From: Candidatus Multivoradales bacterium | GTDB lineage: Bacteria > Acidobacteriota > Thermoanaerobaculia > Multivoradales > J023 | Direction of reading: 5' to 3' | DNA: 64,000 bases | Assembly: GCA_965248925.1 (NCBI GenBank) | Contig: CBDFLE010000006.1 | Span: 2,944,001-3,008,000 of the forward strand | In this document: piece after piece, positions 1-9,149 of the stretch | Numbering within the stretch: the stretch's first letter is position 1 | How the letters are laid out: each line of letters starts with the position of its first letter | Made by a program: the position numbers and the translations under genes | The notes under the pieces: model-generated | Seen by the model: the letters and a program-made list of their open reading frames with translations, nothing else | The model's database searches: none | What the model was told of the DNA's origin: nothing

Positions 1-1
1 G

Positions 2-871
2 ATCAACGTCGATCACGTCCGCTCGGGCGATGCTTTCGGCTGGCTGACCGACGTGCAGTGGGACGGCAAACACCTCACCGCCCGCCCGTCCAACCTCAGC
101 AGCGAAATCGCCGAACGCGTTCGCGCTGGGAAGCTCACTCGCGTCTCCATCGAGTTCACTAGCAGCCACCCGGCAACGGGCGGCTACTACCTGACGGGCT
201 TGGCGCTGCTAGGCGCCCAGACCCCTGCAATTTGGGGCTTGCCACCGATTGAACTCTCGTCTACCGAATCCATCTACCGCCTCCAGGAGGTACTCATGCC
301 CAATCCTGCCCCCGTCGATCCACCGACTGACCCGCAGCCCGCTCCGCAACCCACCACACCGCCAGCTGCTCAGGGTCCTGCAGCACCGCCGGTCGCGGCC
401 GCTGAATCGGTCACCGAGCTCAGTGTCCAGGTCCAACTCGCCCAGCGCGAGCGCCAACAGCTCGCCAATGACCGCCAACAGCTACGCGCCGAGCGCGCCG
501 CCTTCGGCATCCAGCGCCAGGTCGACGCCCTCGGTCCACGCATCCCCAGCCAAATAGCCAGCAGGTTAGTCACCTGCTTGTCAGCTCTGTCGAGCGTCGA
601 AAACCCAGTCATCGTCGAACTCGCGGTCGATAGCGGCGGCACCCGCCAGGCCGACGCCGTCACCGAGATCCTCGGCTGCCTTTCCCAACTGCCCGAGATC
701 ATCACCCCCGGCCGCCAAGAGCTCGCGGGCCCCGGGGCCGACGATTCCGCCCCGATTACAGGGGTAACCGCCGACCAGCTCAGCGCAGGCATCAACGCTG
801 GGCTGAGTTCCGAGCGCATCGCAGAGCTGGCCGCAAAATACCCGCTCAGCAACAACGAGGATCCAAACTGA
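2..871 (+). CDS. Mu-like prohead protease/scaffold (gpI-like), 5'-truncated by the window edge
   Basis: Frame open from base 2 (INVDHVRSGDAFGW...RVSIEF...LTGLALLGAQTPAI), matching Mu-I protease motifs; Pro-rich linker then coiled coil. Confidence 0.8.
   Translation: MNVDHVRSGDAFGWLTDVQWDGKHLTARPSNLSSEIAERVRAGKLTRVSIEFTSSHPATGGYYLTGLALLGAQTPAIWGLPPIELSSTESIYRLQEVLMPNPAPVDPPTDPQPAPQPTTPPAAQGPAAPPVAAAESVTELSVQVQLAQRERQQLANDRQQLRAERAAFGIQRQVDALGPRIPSQIASRLVTCLSALSSVENPVIVELAVDSGGTRQADAVTEILGCLSQLPEIITPGRQELAGPGADDSAPITGVTADQLSAGINAGLSSERIAELAAKYPLSNNEDPN
296..871 (+). CDS. Nested in-frame scaffold protein (Mu gpZ-like)
   Basis: AGGAGG at 285-290 precedes an in-frame ATG at 296, just after the protease domain, as in Mu I/Z. 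Confidence 0.65.
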   Translation: MPNPAPVDPPTDPQPAPQPTTPPAAQGPAAPPVAAAESVTELSVQVQLAQRERQQLANDRQQLRAERAAFGIQRQVDALGPRIPSQIASRLVTCLSALSSVENPVIVELAVDSGGTRQADAVTEILGCLSQLPEIITPGRQELAGPGADDSAPITGVTADQLSAGINAGLSSERIAELAAKYPLSNNEDPN

Positions 872-1377
872 TGTTAACCAGGAACGTCTCACAGAGGCCC
901 GTCAAGCTCGGCAGCGGTAATGGCTGCCTCAACGTCGCCGTTGCCAAAGACGGTGTCAAATACTACAACTACGGCCTAGTCGTCCTCGATTCGGCAGGTC
1001 GTGCCATCAAAGCCTTGTCAGCCGCGGGCAACAGACCCGGCGGCGTGTTGATGCCACCCACCGGCCAGCACACTCACCCCGAACTCCGAGAGGGCTGTCA
1101 CCTCGACATGACCTCTGTCGGCTTCGATGGGTCCTTCGGCACCAACGGCACCGCCGACTACGAAGTTGTCTACGACCAAAAAGGCGAGTGGGCTTTTGCT
1201 GTGGGTGGCGGAACACCCGTCGCTGGCGCCGACGTCTACGCCCAAGCCGCCGAAGACGACAACACCGTCACCGCAACCGCGCCGGCCAACGCCACCAAGA
1301 TCGGAGTCTTCACCCGCCCGGCCCCCGGCCACACCGGTGCCGCCGAAGTTTGGTTCGTCGACCTCGGACGGTCCTGA
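871..1377 (+). CDS. Probable capsid cement/decoration protein
   Basis: 168-aa Gly/Ala-rich ORF between protease and capsid genes; DVYA..DDNTV...KIG...VW pattern. Confidence 0.6.
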   Translation: MLTRNVSQRPVKLGSGNGCLNVAVAKDGVKYYNYGLVVLDSAGRAIKALSAAGNRPGGVLMPPTGQHTHPELREGCHLDMTSVGFDGSFGTNGTADYEVVYDQKGEWAFAVGGGTPVAGADVYAQAAEDDNTVTATAPANATKIGVFTRPAPGHTGAAEVWFVDLGRS

Positions 1378-1389
1378 TAGGAGCAAAAC

Positions 1390-2343
1390 ATGAGTCTCAA
1401 CCAGCTAAGGTCCCAAGTCCGTAACTACCATCCCGTAACCCTGGACGCATACGACAGGCTCGCCGGCGAAGAGGACCTGTTCAACCTCCTGCACCTACGT
1501 CACGACAACCGGACTCTCCGGGAGAACCCGGTACGGCTACGAGCCCCAGTAATCCTCGGCGGAGTTTTTACTTGGGCGGACAACGTTATGGCCACCGGCG
1601 CATTCGAAAAGATCGACTGGACGGTACCGGTCGCCAGCCGGCACGCCTTCGACTTGGTGCAAAAAGACGATCTGGATCGTCCTGGCACACTACTCAGCAT
1701 GCAACAGTCGGCGGCCACTTGGCCCGTCAAGATGCAACGCGCCAAGACCGATGCGCTGCTGGACATATTCCACCTCAATCCAGTCGCCTACACCCAGCAG
1801 CCGTTCTTCAGCAATGTGCACGACAAAGTTGGCGACAACACCGGAACGTTCGACAACACGGTTCTCCTTGGCTTTGCGACCCCTGCGTCGCCAACGCTAG
1901 CCGAAGCTCGTGCATTCATGGATGCGGTTGCTGCCCGGTTCGTGCTCAACATGCGCCTCCAGAGCAGCGTCACGGACTCTGCGAAGTTCGACGGAAGTTT
2001 TGTGGTCATTGTCCACAATCTGTCCCATTTCAATGTTCTAAACCGCCTGCGCCGAGAGCCGCAACTCGTGGAAGGCGGCGCGCTAGTACCGAATCCGTAT
2101 CACGGATTTAGGCTATTCCTCGACCACTACAACTTCTTGGGCGACGCCGCCAACGAGTTCGAGGTTGTCTACACCGGCACACCGGGCATATTGCCATGTT
2201 GGTATGTACAGGATAGCAACCCTGAAAATGACGTCTGGGACGGCAAAGAAGTTCCGACAGGATACGTCGCCCCGGGGATGAAGGAATCCTGGGGCCTCAA
2301 GCCTGCGTTCCCAGAATCGTGCATACGCGGCGTGGTGACCTGA
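1390..2343 (+). CDS. Mu-like major capsid protein (gpT-like)
   Basis: 317 aa, AGGAG RBS, AYTQQPFFSNVH matches the gpT YDGQxFFxxxH motif; gene position. Confidence 0.8.
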   Translation: MSLNQLRSQVRNYHPVTLDAYDRLAGEEDLFNLLHLRHDNRTLRENPVRLRAPVILGGVFTWADNVMATGAFEKIDWTVPVASRHAFDLVQKDDLDRPGTLLSMQQSAATWPVKMQRAKTDALLDIFHLNPVAYTQQPFFSNVHDKVGDNTGTFDNTVLLGFATPASPTLAEARAFMDAVAARFVLNMRLQSSVTDSAKFDGSFVVIVHNLSHFNVLNRLRREPQLVEGGALVPNPYHGFRLFLDHYNFLGDAANEFEVVYTGTPGILPCWYVQDSNPENDVWDGKEVPTGYVAPGMKESWGLKPAFPESCIRGVVT

Positions 2344-2636
2344 TGCCGTATTGCATCACTGTCAAACGTCACGTCGCCGAAAGCCACCACGGCTGCTTCA
2401 ACTTCCTTTCGCCGAGCGGTGATCTGGTGTGTTTCTCTTCCTCGCCCACCTATGCCGATACCCTGCCCGACCCCCTGCCAGATGGTTGGAGGGAGCAGCT
2501 GGCAATGGTCGAGATCGACGACGTTCCGCCCGGAGCTGAGGTCATCAATCCCACCGAAACACAGACTTCCGAGGCCGACCCATCGTCGGCCAAGACCGAC
2601 CCATCTAAACGCAAGACCCGCCGAAAGACCAAGTAA
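2343..2636 (+). CDS. Phage hypothetical protein with basic C-terminus
   Basis: ATG overlaps capsid stop (TGATG); ends KRKTRRKTK. Confidence 0.6.
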   Translation: MPYCITVKRHVAESHHGCFNFLSPSGDLVCFSSSPTYADTLPDPLPDGWREQLAMVEIDDVPPGAEVINPTETQTSEADPSSAKTDPSKRKTRRKTK

Positions 2637-3077
2637 ATGCCCCTGCTCGATCCATCCGGCCTCTACCAGCGCTCCGGCGGACAAGCCCGCGTAGAGCGCC
2701 TTTCAGGTATCGAAGACCCCGACCTCGGCAGCCGAGCCAAAATCGCGCTCGCCGAGGCCGAGGCCGAGCTACGCTCGTACCTGCTCAAGCAATACACCCC
2801 AGAGCAGCTCGAAGCCCAGCCCACCCCAGAAGTCGTCCTGTCTAAATTGGCCGACCTCGGCCTCTACCATCTGCTGCGCAACATCCACGACCGAGTGCCG
2901 GATGATGTCGTCCGCCAGCGCGACGAAGCCATCGGCTGGCTAGGTCGCGTCGCCCGCCGCATCGCCTCGCTCGAGCTACCCGGCTCACCACTCGAGGACA
3001 ACCACCGCGTGTCGGTGCACATATCAAAGCCGCCCAGCGGCCCATTCACCGACGGAGGACTCGACGAATGGGGCTGA
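2637..3077 (+). CDS. Mu gp36-like (DUF1320) head-tail connector
   Basis: ALAEAEAELRSYL...LADLGLYHL...RDEAIGWLGRVA...LEL pattern. Confidence 0.85.
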   Translation: MPLLDPSGLYQRSGGQARVERLSGIEDPDLGSRAKIALAEAEAELRSYLLKQYTPEQLEAQPTPEVVLSKLADLGLYHLLRNIHDRVPDDVVRQRDEAIGWLGRVARRIASLELPGSPLEDNHRVSVHISKPPSGPFTDGGLDEWG

Positions 3078-3535
3078 GACTCACCGTACGGACCGAAGGA
3101 GCTGATGCGATCATCCGCCGCCTCGAGGCCCACGCCGAGAAGCATCAGCAGCCCAAGAGCCTACTGCTCGAGGTGCTGGCTCAAGAGGGCGTCACTGCCT
3201 TCCAGGCCAATATCCGTTCCGAGGGCAGCCGCCTCTCAGACCGTGGCATCAGCTGGCCACCGCTCCACCCCGTCACCCAGAAGATCCGTCGCCATTACGG
3301 CCACGGCAGTCGCATGCTAGTGCGCAGCGGCGATCTACTGCACTCCATCCGCCCTCTCACCTTCGGCGACGACCACGTCGACATCGGCACCAGCGCCCGC
3401 GGCGCCTACGTCGACCACCACGGCGGCACCGTCGATCGCCGCCAGGTGCCAGCCCGGCCCTTCCTTTTGCCGACAGTGCAAGACGCCGACGATTGGATCG
3501 CCCTCACCGCCGACTACTACACACCGGCAGCATGA
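3068..3535 (+). CDS. Phage virion morphogenesis protein (Mu gpG / tail completion S family)
   Basis: WPPLHPVT...LVRSGDLLHSI...IGT...HHGG...VPARPFL. Confidence 0.88.
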   Translation: MGLRLTVRTEGADAIIRRLEAHAEKHQQPKSLLLEVLAQEGVTAFQANIRSEGSRLSDRGISWPPLHPVTQKIRRHYGHGSRMLVRSGDLLHSIRPLTFGDDHVDIGTSARGAYVDHHGGTVDRRQVPARPFLLPTVQDADDWIALTADYYTPAA

Positions 3536-4029
3536 GCACCTATCCCAACATCCCGGCCTCGCCCGACTCCGAGATCGCCGAAGCCATGATCGCCCTGCTC
3601 GCCGCCGATCCGCTGGTCCAAAAAATTACTGGCCAGCCTGTGGGCTACGAGATCGAAGAGCTCATCTTCCGCGACGCCGCCTTCGCTGCGCCTCACCTCG
3701 CCGTGCTGCTCGATTTCATCGACGAGCGCCGCGCCGGATCCGGCCGCCAAGCCGAGCTCGAGGTTGGCCTCCAACTCGCCCTCATCACCCACGCCACCGG
3801 CGCCGACACCGGTGGCTGGTGGCGATCGCGCTATACCAACCACATCAAGAGCCTGGTCGAAGTCGGAGCTGGCCAGCTCAGAGACCCCGATGGTCGACTG
3901 CTGACTCTGGCCCTCACCCGTTGGCAGCGCCTGCCACCGGCCCAGCTACGCCAGCAGAGCTACATCGTCACTCCCTTACGGGTTGTGCTCGAGACCCGTA
4001 TCCACCAAGCCCAGAGGATCGTCACATGA
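3532..4029 (+). CDS. Phage protein, possible tail terminator
   Basis: ATGA overlap with upstream gene; size and position only. Confidence 0.5.
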   Translation: MSTYPNIPASPDSEIAEAMIALLAADPLVQKITGQPVGYEIEELIFRDAAFAAPHLAVLLDFIDERRAGSGRQAELEVGLQLALITHATGADTGGWWRSRYTNHIKSLVEVGAGQLRDPDGRLLTLALTRWQRLPPAQLRQQSYIVTPLRVVLETRIHQAQRIVT

Positions 4030-4370
4030 CTACCCCAGCCCATCCTGAGCCTCCACCGGTGCTCGTGCAATTCCTCGGCCGCACCGCACAGGTGGTCCAC
4101 CTGCGCGACCCCGACAAAGGTCTGCGCTTCAAACCCAAGCAGATCCGCAAGATGCCACCCCGCGACTTCTTCGACCTCGCCGGTGCCGACTTCGTGCGAG
4201 TCCTCACCAGAACTGAGGCGCGTTCAAAGTTCCAGCTTCCGAAGGGTTTTGATCTTGCGCCGTTTACCGTGCAGCACGAAAAAAGGCAAATCGTGCCGCT
4301 AATCCACTCCACCTGGCTGGCTCTGATCAAAGCCGGCAAACGCTCGGTCACCCCGGAGGCCTCAGAATGA
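4026..4370 (+). CDS. Phage hypothetical protein
   Basis: ATGA overlaps at both ends. Confidence 0.6.
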   Translation: MTTPAHPEPPPVLVQFLGRTAQVVHLRDPDKGLRFKPKQIRKMPPRDFFDLAGADFVRVLTRTEARSKFQLPKGFDLAPFTVQHEKRQIVPLIHSTWLALIKAGKRSVTPEASE

Positions 4371-5719
4371 GTCTCGGCCCACAGCCAGCCACCGTCACCA
4401 ACTCCATATTCGCCCTCGGCCTCGAGCCGTTCGACGGCTACGGCCATCCCCGCGGCCCGCTCACCAGCTACGATTTCGTACCGCCCGTCGCCGCCGATCT
4501 CGGTGGTGGCGAGAGCGATTCACAGCAAGTCAACCGCTCCGGGTACGCCCGCGCTGGCGTTCCCGGTCCCAAAGGAGGCCCCGTCGAGTGGCAGTTCCCG
4601 CTGCGCTCCGGCGCCTGGCTCGAGCACCTACATCATCTGGCGCCGGCGGCCACAAAGAACGATCTTGGAGGCGGTGCTTACGAGTACACTTTCAGCTCGC
4701 AATTCGTCGGTGGCGTGCAGACCAGCTACTACGGCCTGCTCGCCAAGCCGCCGGCCGAGGCCGTGGTTTTCCACGGCGCCCGCTTCAGCGGCCTCGAATT
4801 CGACATCGGCAACGATTCGAGCATCGTTGGCAAGCTCACCGGCCTCAACGCCCACGGTACGTCGGCCGGATTCCCCGAGGTCCAATCTGGCAGCCTCTAC
4901 ACCCTCGGCCCGCTAGTGCGCGGCCTGGTGCTCGATCCAGACGCCGGTGACATTTACCTGGAGATCACCCGCGACACCGCCGGCGGGGGAGTGCAGTTCA
5001 AGTTCGAGCAGACTTTGGAGGTGCCGACTTTTCCCGCCCCGGCCGCCATCGATCTTTACACCTCCGCGGGCCTCGGCGCCTGGCAGCAACTACCGGGCAT
5101 TGGCCTCTACGGCCTTGTTGTCGATCCCTTCGAGGTCATTTTCCCCGGCGCCGCCGCCACCCACGCCGCCCTCGCCATCGGCGACCGCTGGCGCATACCT
5201 GCCGCGGCGGTGGTGCCAGCTACAGTGGTGCCTCCCAGCGAGGGCCACGACTACACATCAGCCCACTGGCAGCTACTCACCGGCACAGTCGACACTGTGG
5301 CCGACACCGACCTCGCCGTCCTCTCTGGCGCCTGCCGCATCCTCCGCCCGGTCAGCGCAGACCCGCAAAACGGCAGTCTCTACCCACGGTGCATCAGCGC
5401 CGATGGGCGATTCGGACTCGAACTCGATCTCAAACGGCGCCTGGTCGACGACTACTTCAAACGCGTTTATGACCGAAAAACGCGCATCTCTCTGCGCACC
5501 GAGTTCCTGGGCGCACCCATCGCTGCAAGCGGCTTCTACGAGTCCATCCGCATCGACGGCCAGCGCTGGTCCGTCACCGAGCGCACCTCGGCCGTCAGCG
5601 GCCAGGGGAAGATCGACGAAGACATAAAGCTCCGAGCAGAAACCAACGACGCAGGCGATCCGCCGGGCACCATCCGCGTCGTTAGCGCCCGTGACTGGTC
5701 CATCCCCGTCCTACCCTGA
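4367..5719 (+). CDS. Probable phage tail tube (major tail) protein with inserted domain
   Basis: 450 aa, beta-rich; GGPVE...YEYTF...FHGARFSGLEFDI pattern of tube proteins; precedes tape measure. Confidence 0.6.
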   Translation: MSLGPQPATVTNSIFALGLEPFDGYGHPRGPLTSYDFVPPVAADLGGGESDSQQVNRSGYARAGVPGPKGGPVEWQFPLRSGAWLEHLHHLAPAATKNDLGGGAYEYTFSSQFVGGVQTSYYGLLAKPPAEAVVFHGARFSGLEFDIGNDSSIVGKLTGLNAHGTSAGFPEVQSGSLYTLGPLVRGLVLDPDAGDIYLEITRDTAGGGVQFKFEQTLEVPTFPAPAAIDLYTSAGLGAWQQLPGIGLYGLVVDPFEVIFPGAAATHAALAIGDRWRIPAAAVVPATVVPPSEGHDYTSAHWQLLTGTVDTVADTDLAVLSGACRILRPVSADPQNGSLYPRCISADGRFGLELDLKRRLVDDYFKRVYDRKTRISLRTEFLGAPIAASGFYESIRIDGQRWSVTERTSAVSGQGKIDEDIKLRAETNDAGDPPGTIRVVSARDWSIPVLP

Positions 5720-5724
5720 GCACC

Positions 5725-5901
5725 ATGACCGACCCTCGCCAGCTTCCCGACCTGCTGCGCGCCACTTGGAGCGCCACGCGCGATATCTACCTGGCCGGAG
5801 GCTTCTCCGAGGCCGCGGCCCGGAAGCTGGCTGCGGTCTACATGCTCGGCCTTTTGCAAAGCGCCGCCCAACCCCCCACCGAGATCCCTGCTGATGGCTG
5901 A
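5725..5901 (+). CDS. 58-aa phage ORF at the tail assembly chaperone position (not in the ORF track)
   Basis: Manual translation MTDPRQLPDLLRATWSATRDIYLAGGFSEAAARKLAAVYMLGLLQSAAQPPTEIPADG*; fills the gap and overlaps the next start. Confidence 0.6.
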   Translation: MTDPRQLPDLLRATWSATRDIYLAGGFSEAAARKLAAVYMLGLLQSAAQPPTEIPADG

Positions 5902-7675
5902 CCTCGACCGCGAACTCAAGCAGCGTATCGTCGTCGAGTCCGAGGGTACGGACGCCTTCGCCCAGACCGCCGCTGGAGCCAAGGAACTCGACCAGAGCAT
6001 CGCTGAGATCGAGCAGTCCCTTGACGCCAGAATCTCCGAACTCGACGCCCTTTTCGCCAGCTTTGAACAACAGTTTGGTTCGCTCAAAACAGCCGCCGAA
6101 TCGCTTGGCGAGGCCAAGAAGCCAATTCTTGAGTTCGTCGCCGCCGTCAAAGAAGGTAGCGAGGGCATAGAGCGCAAGGCCGGCCGCGCAAAGCTGGCAC
6201 TACAGGAGGTGCGCGCAGCTGCCGAAGAACTCCGCCAGTCCGGCACCGGCATGACCGAGGCGCAGCAGCGCGAACTCGAACGCCTCGAGGATTCCTACGA
6301 AGGTGCCATCGCCGCCGCGGGTAGGTACAAGGCTGCCCAGGCCGAGGCTCGCCGCGAGATTCGCGAAGCCACTGCGTCCCAGCGCGAATTCACTGGATCG
6401 ATCAACGACCTCGGCGACATCGTCAGCCGCGCCAGTCCAAAGCTGTCGGCCCTGGCCCTCAAAGGGGGAGCGGTAGTCGGCGCCTTCTCGGCTGGCTACG
6501 CCGCCGGAAACAAATTTCGCGAGATCCTGGGCGCTATCGATCGCGTGCTTGGCACCAGCCTACTGCCAACTCTCAACAAAGCAGTTACCGGATTTTTTCA
6601 CCTCGAAGAGGCAGCAGAAGCCTGGGTGCTGGAGGCTGAGAGCCAAGAGACCCAACTCCAGAACCACACCAACCTCTACAAAGTCCTAGTAGCCAATGGG
6701 ATCGATCCCGCCACCCTGTCGATCGAACAACAGCGCGCCGCTCTGGCCAAGCTGAAACTCGAGCAAGCCCAGCAAACTGGCGCCATCGTCGAAGTCGACA
6801 AAGCTTTCCAAACATGGACGACCTCCCTCGGTATCAACCGCGCCGAGCTCGATGCCCAGGTCAACACCCTCGAATCCAACCTGCAAAAACTCACAGCCAG
6901 TGGCGCAAAGCTCGATGAACAAGAGCTGGGCGAGAAACTGAAACCTAGGATTCAGGCGCTGCTGGACCTGTACGAGGCCTTCGGCGAAGTACCCCCGAAA
7001 CTACAAGCCATCGCGGATCGATTCGGTGTTGTAAGTTCCGCCGCCGAGGCAAGCGCGCGCTCGATTGAAGACCTTCAACGGCGTACCAGCGCGAGTCTTG
7101 CGAAAACCGCGAAAGATGCCGGGACCAGTCGCGAGGACATCCGCAAAGCACTCAAGACACTGACCCCGGCCGATATCGAACTGCTCAGCCCGAAACTGAA
7201 GGAGCAGGTTGCCACCGAACTGATTGCTGCCCGCGACAAAGTGACACTACACGGTGGAGAGTTCACCGAAAAAATGTCGCAACAGGCAGCTCGCGTCGCC
7301 TTGCTGATCCCGGCCTTTACAACACCCTTCAAAGAACTCACGGCAGCAGCCGGTGATGGTCTATCTGACCTCACCACAAAAGGGGATGGTAGCGGGCAGG
7401 TCGTGGCGGACGCTGCCACCGGCTTGGAGAGTCTCAGCACCGCCACCGCAGCGCTCAAGACGGGCGACGCCGCCACGGTGGTCACAGACATCGCGACCGC
7501 TCTCCAGACCCTCGGTGCGGGTATCGACACAACCGGGTTCGATGGTTTCGTCAACCATGTGATCGCTGGTCTCAAGAACATCTCAACACAGGCGAAACAG
7601 ACCGGCAAAGACCTCGAAGATGCATTCAAGGTCGAGAATGGCAGCAGCCCCGGAGACACCCCCGATGCCGGTTGA
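5894..7675 (+). CDS. Tail tape measure-like protein
   Basis: 593 aa, Ala-rich coiled coil with hydrophobic GGAVVGAFSAGYAAG segment; gene position. Confidence 0.72.
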   Translation: MADLDRELKQRIVVESEGTDAFAQTAAGAKELDQSIAEIEQSLDARISELDALFASFEQQFGSLKTAAESLGEAKKPILEFVAAVKEGSEGIERKAGRAKLALQEVRAAAEELRQSGTGMTEAQQRELERLEDSYEGAIAAAGRYKAAQAEARREIREATASQREFTGSINDLGDIVSRASPKLSALALKGGAVVGAFSAGYAAGNKFREILGAIDRVLGTSLLPTLNKAVTGFFHLEEAAEAWVLEAESQETQLQNHTNLYKVLVANGIDPATLSIEQQRAALAKLKLEQAQQTGAIVEVDKAFQTWTTSLGINRAELDAQVNTLESNLQKLTASGAKLDEQELGEKLKPRIQALLDLYEAFGEVPPKLQAIADRFGVVSSAAEASARSIEDLQRRTSASLAKTAKDAGTSREDIRKALKTLTPADIELLSPKLKEQVATELIAARDKVTLHGGEFTEKMSQQAARVALLIPAFTTPFKELTAAAGDGLSDLTTKGDGSGQVVADAATGLESLSTATAALKTGDAATVVTDIATALQTLGAGIDTTGFDGFVNHVIAGLKNISTQAKQTGKDLEDAFKVENGSSPGDTPDAG

Positions 7676-8408
7676 CGGGTCCGCTATCACCGGCCTGCTC
7701 ACCACCGTTGCCGAGCAGTTCGAGTCCACCGCTCAGCGCGCCACTGCCGCCGGCGAGCGCATCGCCCGCCAGGCCGAGCTGGCCGAAGAGCAGCAGGACC
7801 GCCTGCTCGAAACCGCTCAGCGCACCGCGGCTCAACTCAGCGAAGTCCATCAGCGTATTGAGTCCCAAGTCGATCAGCTCAGCCGACCGAGGCAGGCCTA
7901 TAGAGAGTTCCAAGACGAAACCGTGCTGGCGTTCAATGACCTGTTGGCCCGCGCCGAACAGTTCGATAGCGCCTTCGCCCAGTCGCTACAGGCGGCCATC
8001 AAACTCGTCCAAGACGGCAGCCTCACCGTGCGAGATTTCGAGCAACAATTCGGCGGATTTGTCATCACCATGGAAGATGGCACAAAGCGAATCTCCGAGC
8101 TGATACAAGGCATCGACCCGAACGTCTTCCGTCAGCGGGCTCAAGAGTTGCGCCAGCTCCTGGAGCAAGAGAAGCTCTCCATCGAGCAGATCATCCAAGA
8201 GCTGAGCCAGCAACAAAACCAATACGCAGACGACCTAGTCCGTCTGCTCGGCCTCTACAAAGCAGGCAAGACAACCCTCGACCAGGTGCTCGCCGCGGCT
8301 CGCAAGGCCAAAGCGAGCCTCGGCCCCGACAGCATCACCGGAACCATCGGCGATGGTCTCGAAGAGCTGCTACGTCGCCAGCGCCGCCAGGGCGGAGGCA
8401 ATTTATGA
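7665..8408 (+). CDS. Coiled-coil phage protein, possible second tape-measure segment
   Basis: Gln/Glu-rich helical ORF overlapping the TMP stop; GGAG upstream of ATG 7665. Confidence 0.6.
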   Translation: MPVDGSAITGLLTTVAEQFESTAQRATAAGERIARQAELAEEQQDRLLETAQRTAAQLSEVHQRIESQVDQLSRPRQAYREFQDETVLAFNDLLARAEQFDSAFAQSLQAAIKLVQDGSLTVRDFEQQFGGFVITMEDGTKRISELIQGIDPNVFRQRAQELRQLLEQEKLSIEQIIQELSQQQNQYADDLVRLLGLYKAGKTTLDQVLAAARKAKASLGPDSITGTIGDGLEELLRRQRRQGGGNL

Positions 8409-9067
8409 GCCACCTGCCAGCAGTCGCCGGCGACGCAGTGCTCGACAACAAAGTCCTGGGACATGAGGCCAGCCAATGGGACATCGAGCTCACCGAGCTA
8501 CGCATCGTCGAACGGTTGGCCACCGGCCGTGCCATCGAGCGCACCACCCGCGCCCCCGTGGGCGAGCCGCTGATCATCACCCGTAGGACTTTTGTGATTG
8601 ACTGGGACCACCTTGAGCAGGGGGCCCGCGCTCAGGTCGAACAACAGCTCTCGCTGCCAGGTGAGCATCGACTAGTACTCTGGCGCGAAGAGCAACTCGC
8701 CTGGCTCGGCGACGGCAACCGCACAATCTATATCCTGCCCAACCGTTGGCAGCTTGCTCTTCACGTCGTGAGCACACTCCTCCCTGGTGGCGTGCCCGCC
8801 GCCGCTTTCGAGCCGGTCGTCAGCGTCGGCGGCGTCGACGCTACGTATGCTCTCGTGGCAAACGTCGCCGCCGCTGCGCCGCCTGCCGGGCAGGTACATT
8901 TCGAGGACTCCACGAGTCGATTCCGCCTGCCCTCGGCCCCAGCCCCCGGAACACCGATCTACGCTCGCGTCGTCCCAGCCTATCCAGTCTTCCGCGGCGC
9001 CCCAGTCGGCAAACAGCTCCGTGGCCCGCTCAGAGAGCCGCACCAGTTGGAGTTGATCGAAGCATGA
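8405..9067 (+). CDS. Phage tail-tip protein (distal tail-like)
   Basis: ATGA overlap; GDGNRTIYILP and APAPG motifs; ends LELIEA; gene position. Confidence 0.55.
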   Translation: MSHLPAVAGDAVLDNKVLGHEASQWDIELTELRIVERLATGRAIERTTRAPVGEPLIITRRTFVIDWDHLEQGARAQVEQQLSLPGEHRLVLWREEQLAWLGDGNRTIYILPNRWQLALHVVSTLLPGGVPAAAFEPVVSVGGVDATYALVANVAAAAPPAGQVHFEDSTSRFRLPSAPAPGTPIYARVVPAYPVFRGAPVGKQLRGPLREPHQLELIEA

Positions 9068-9149
9068 AAACACGGTCTCATGGCCGAGCCGAGCAAATGA
9101 TCGGGTTTCGGGATGGACTTGGTAGGTTGACACCCATCGAGGTGCTCCC

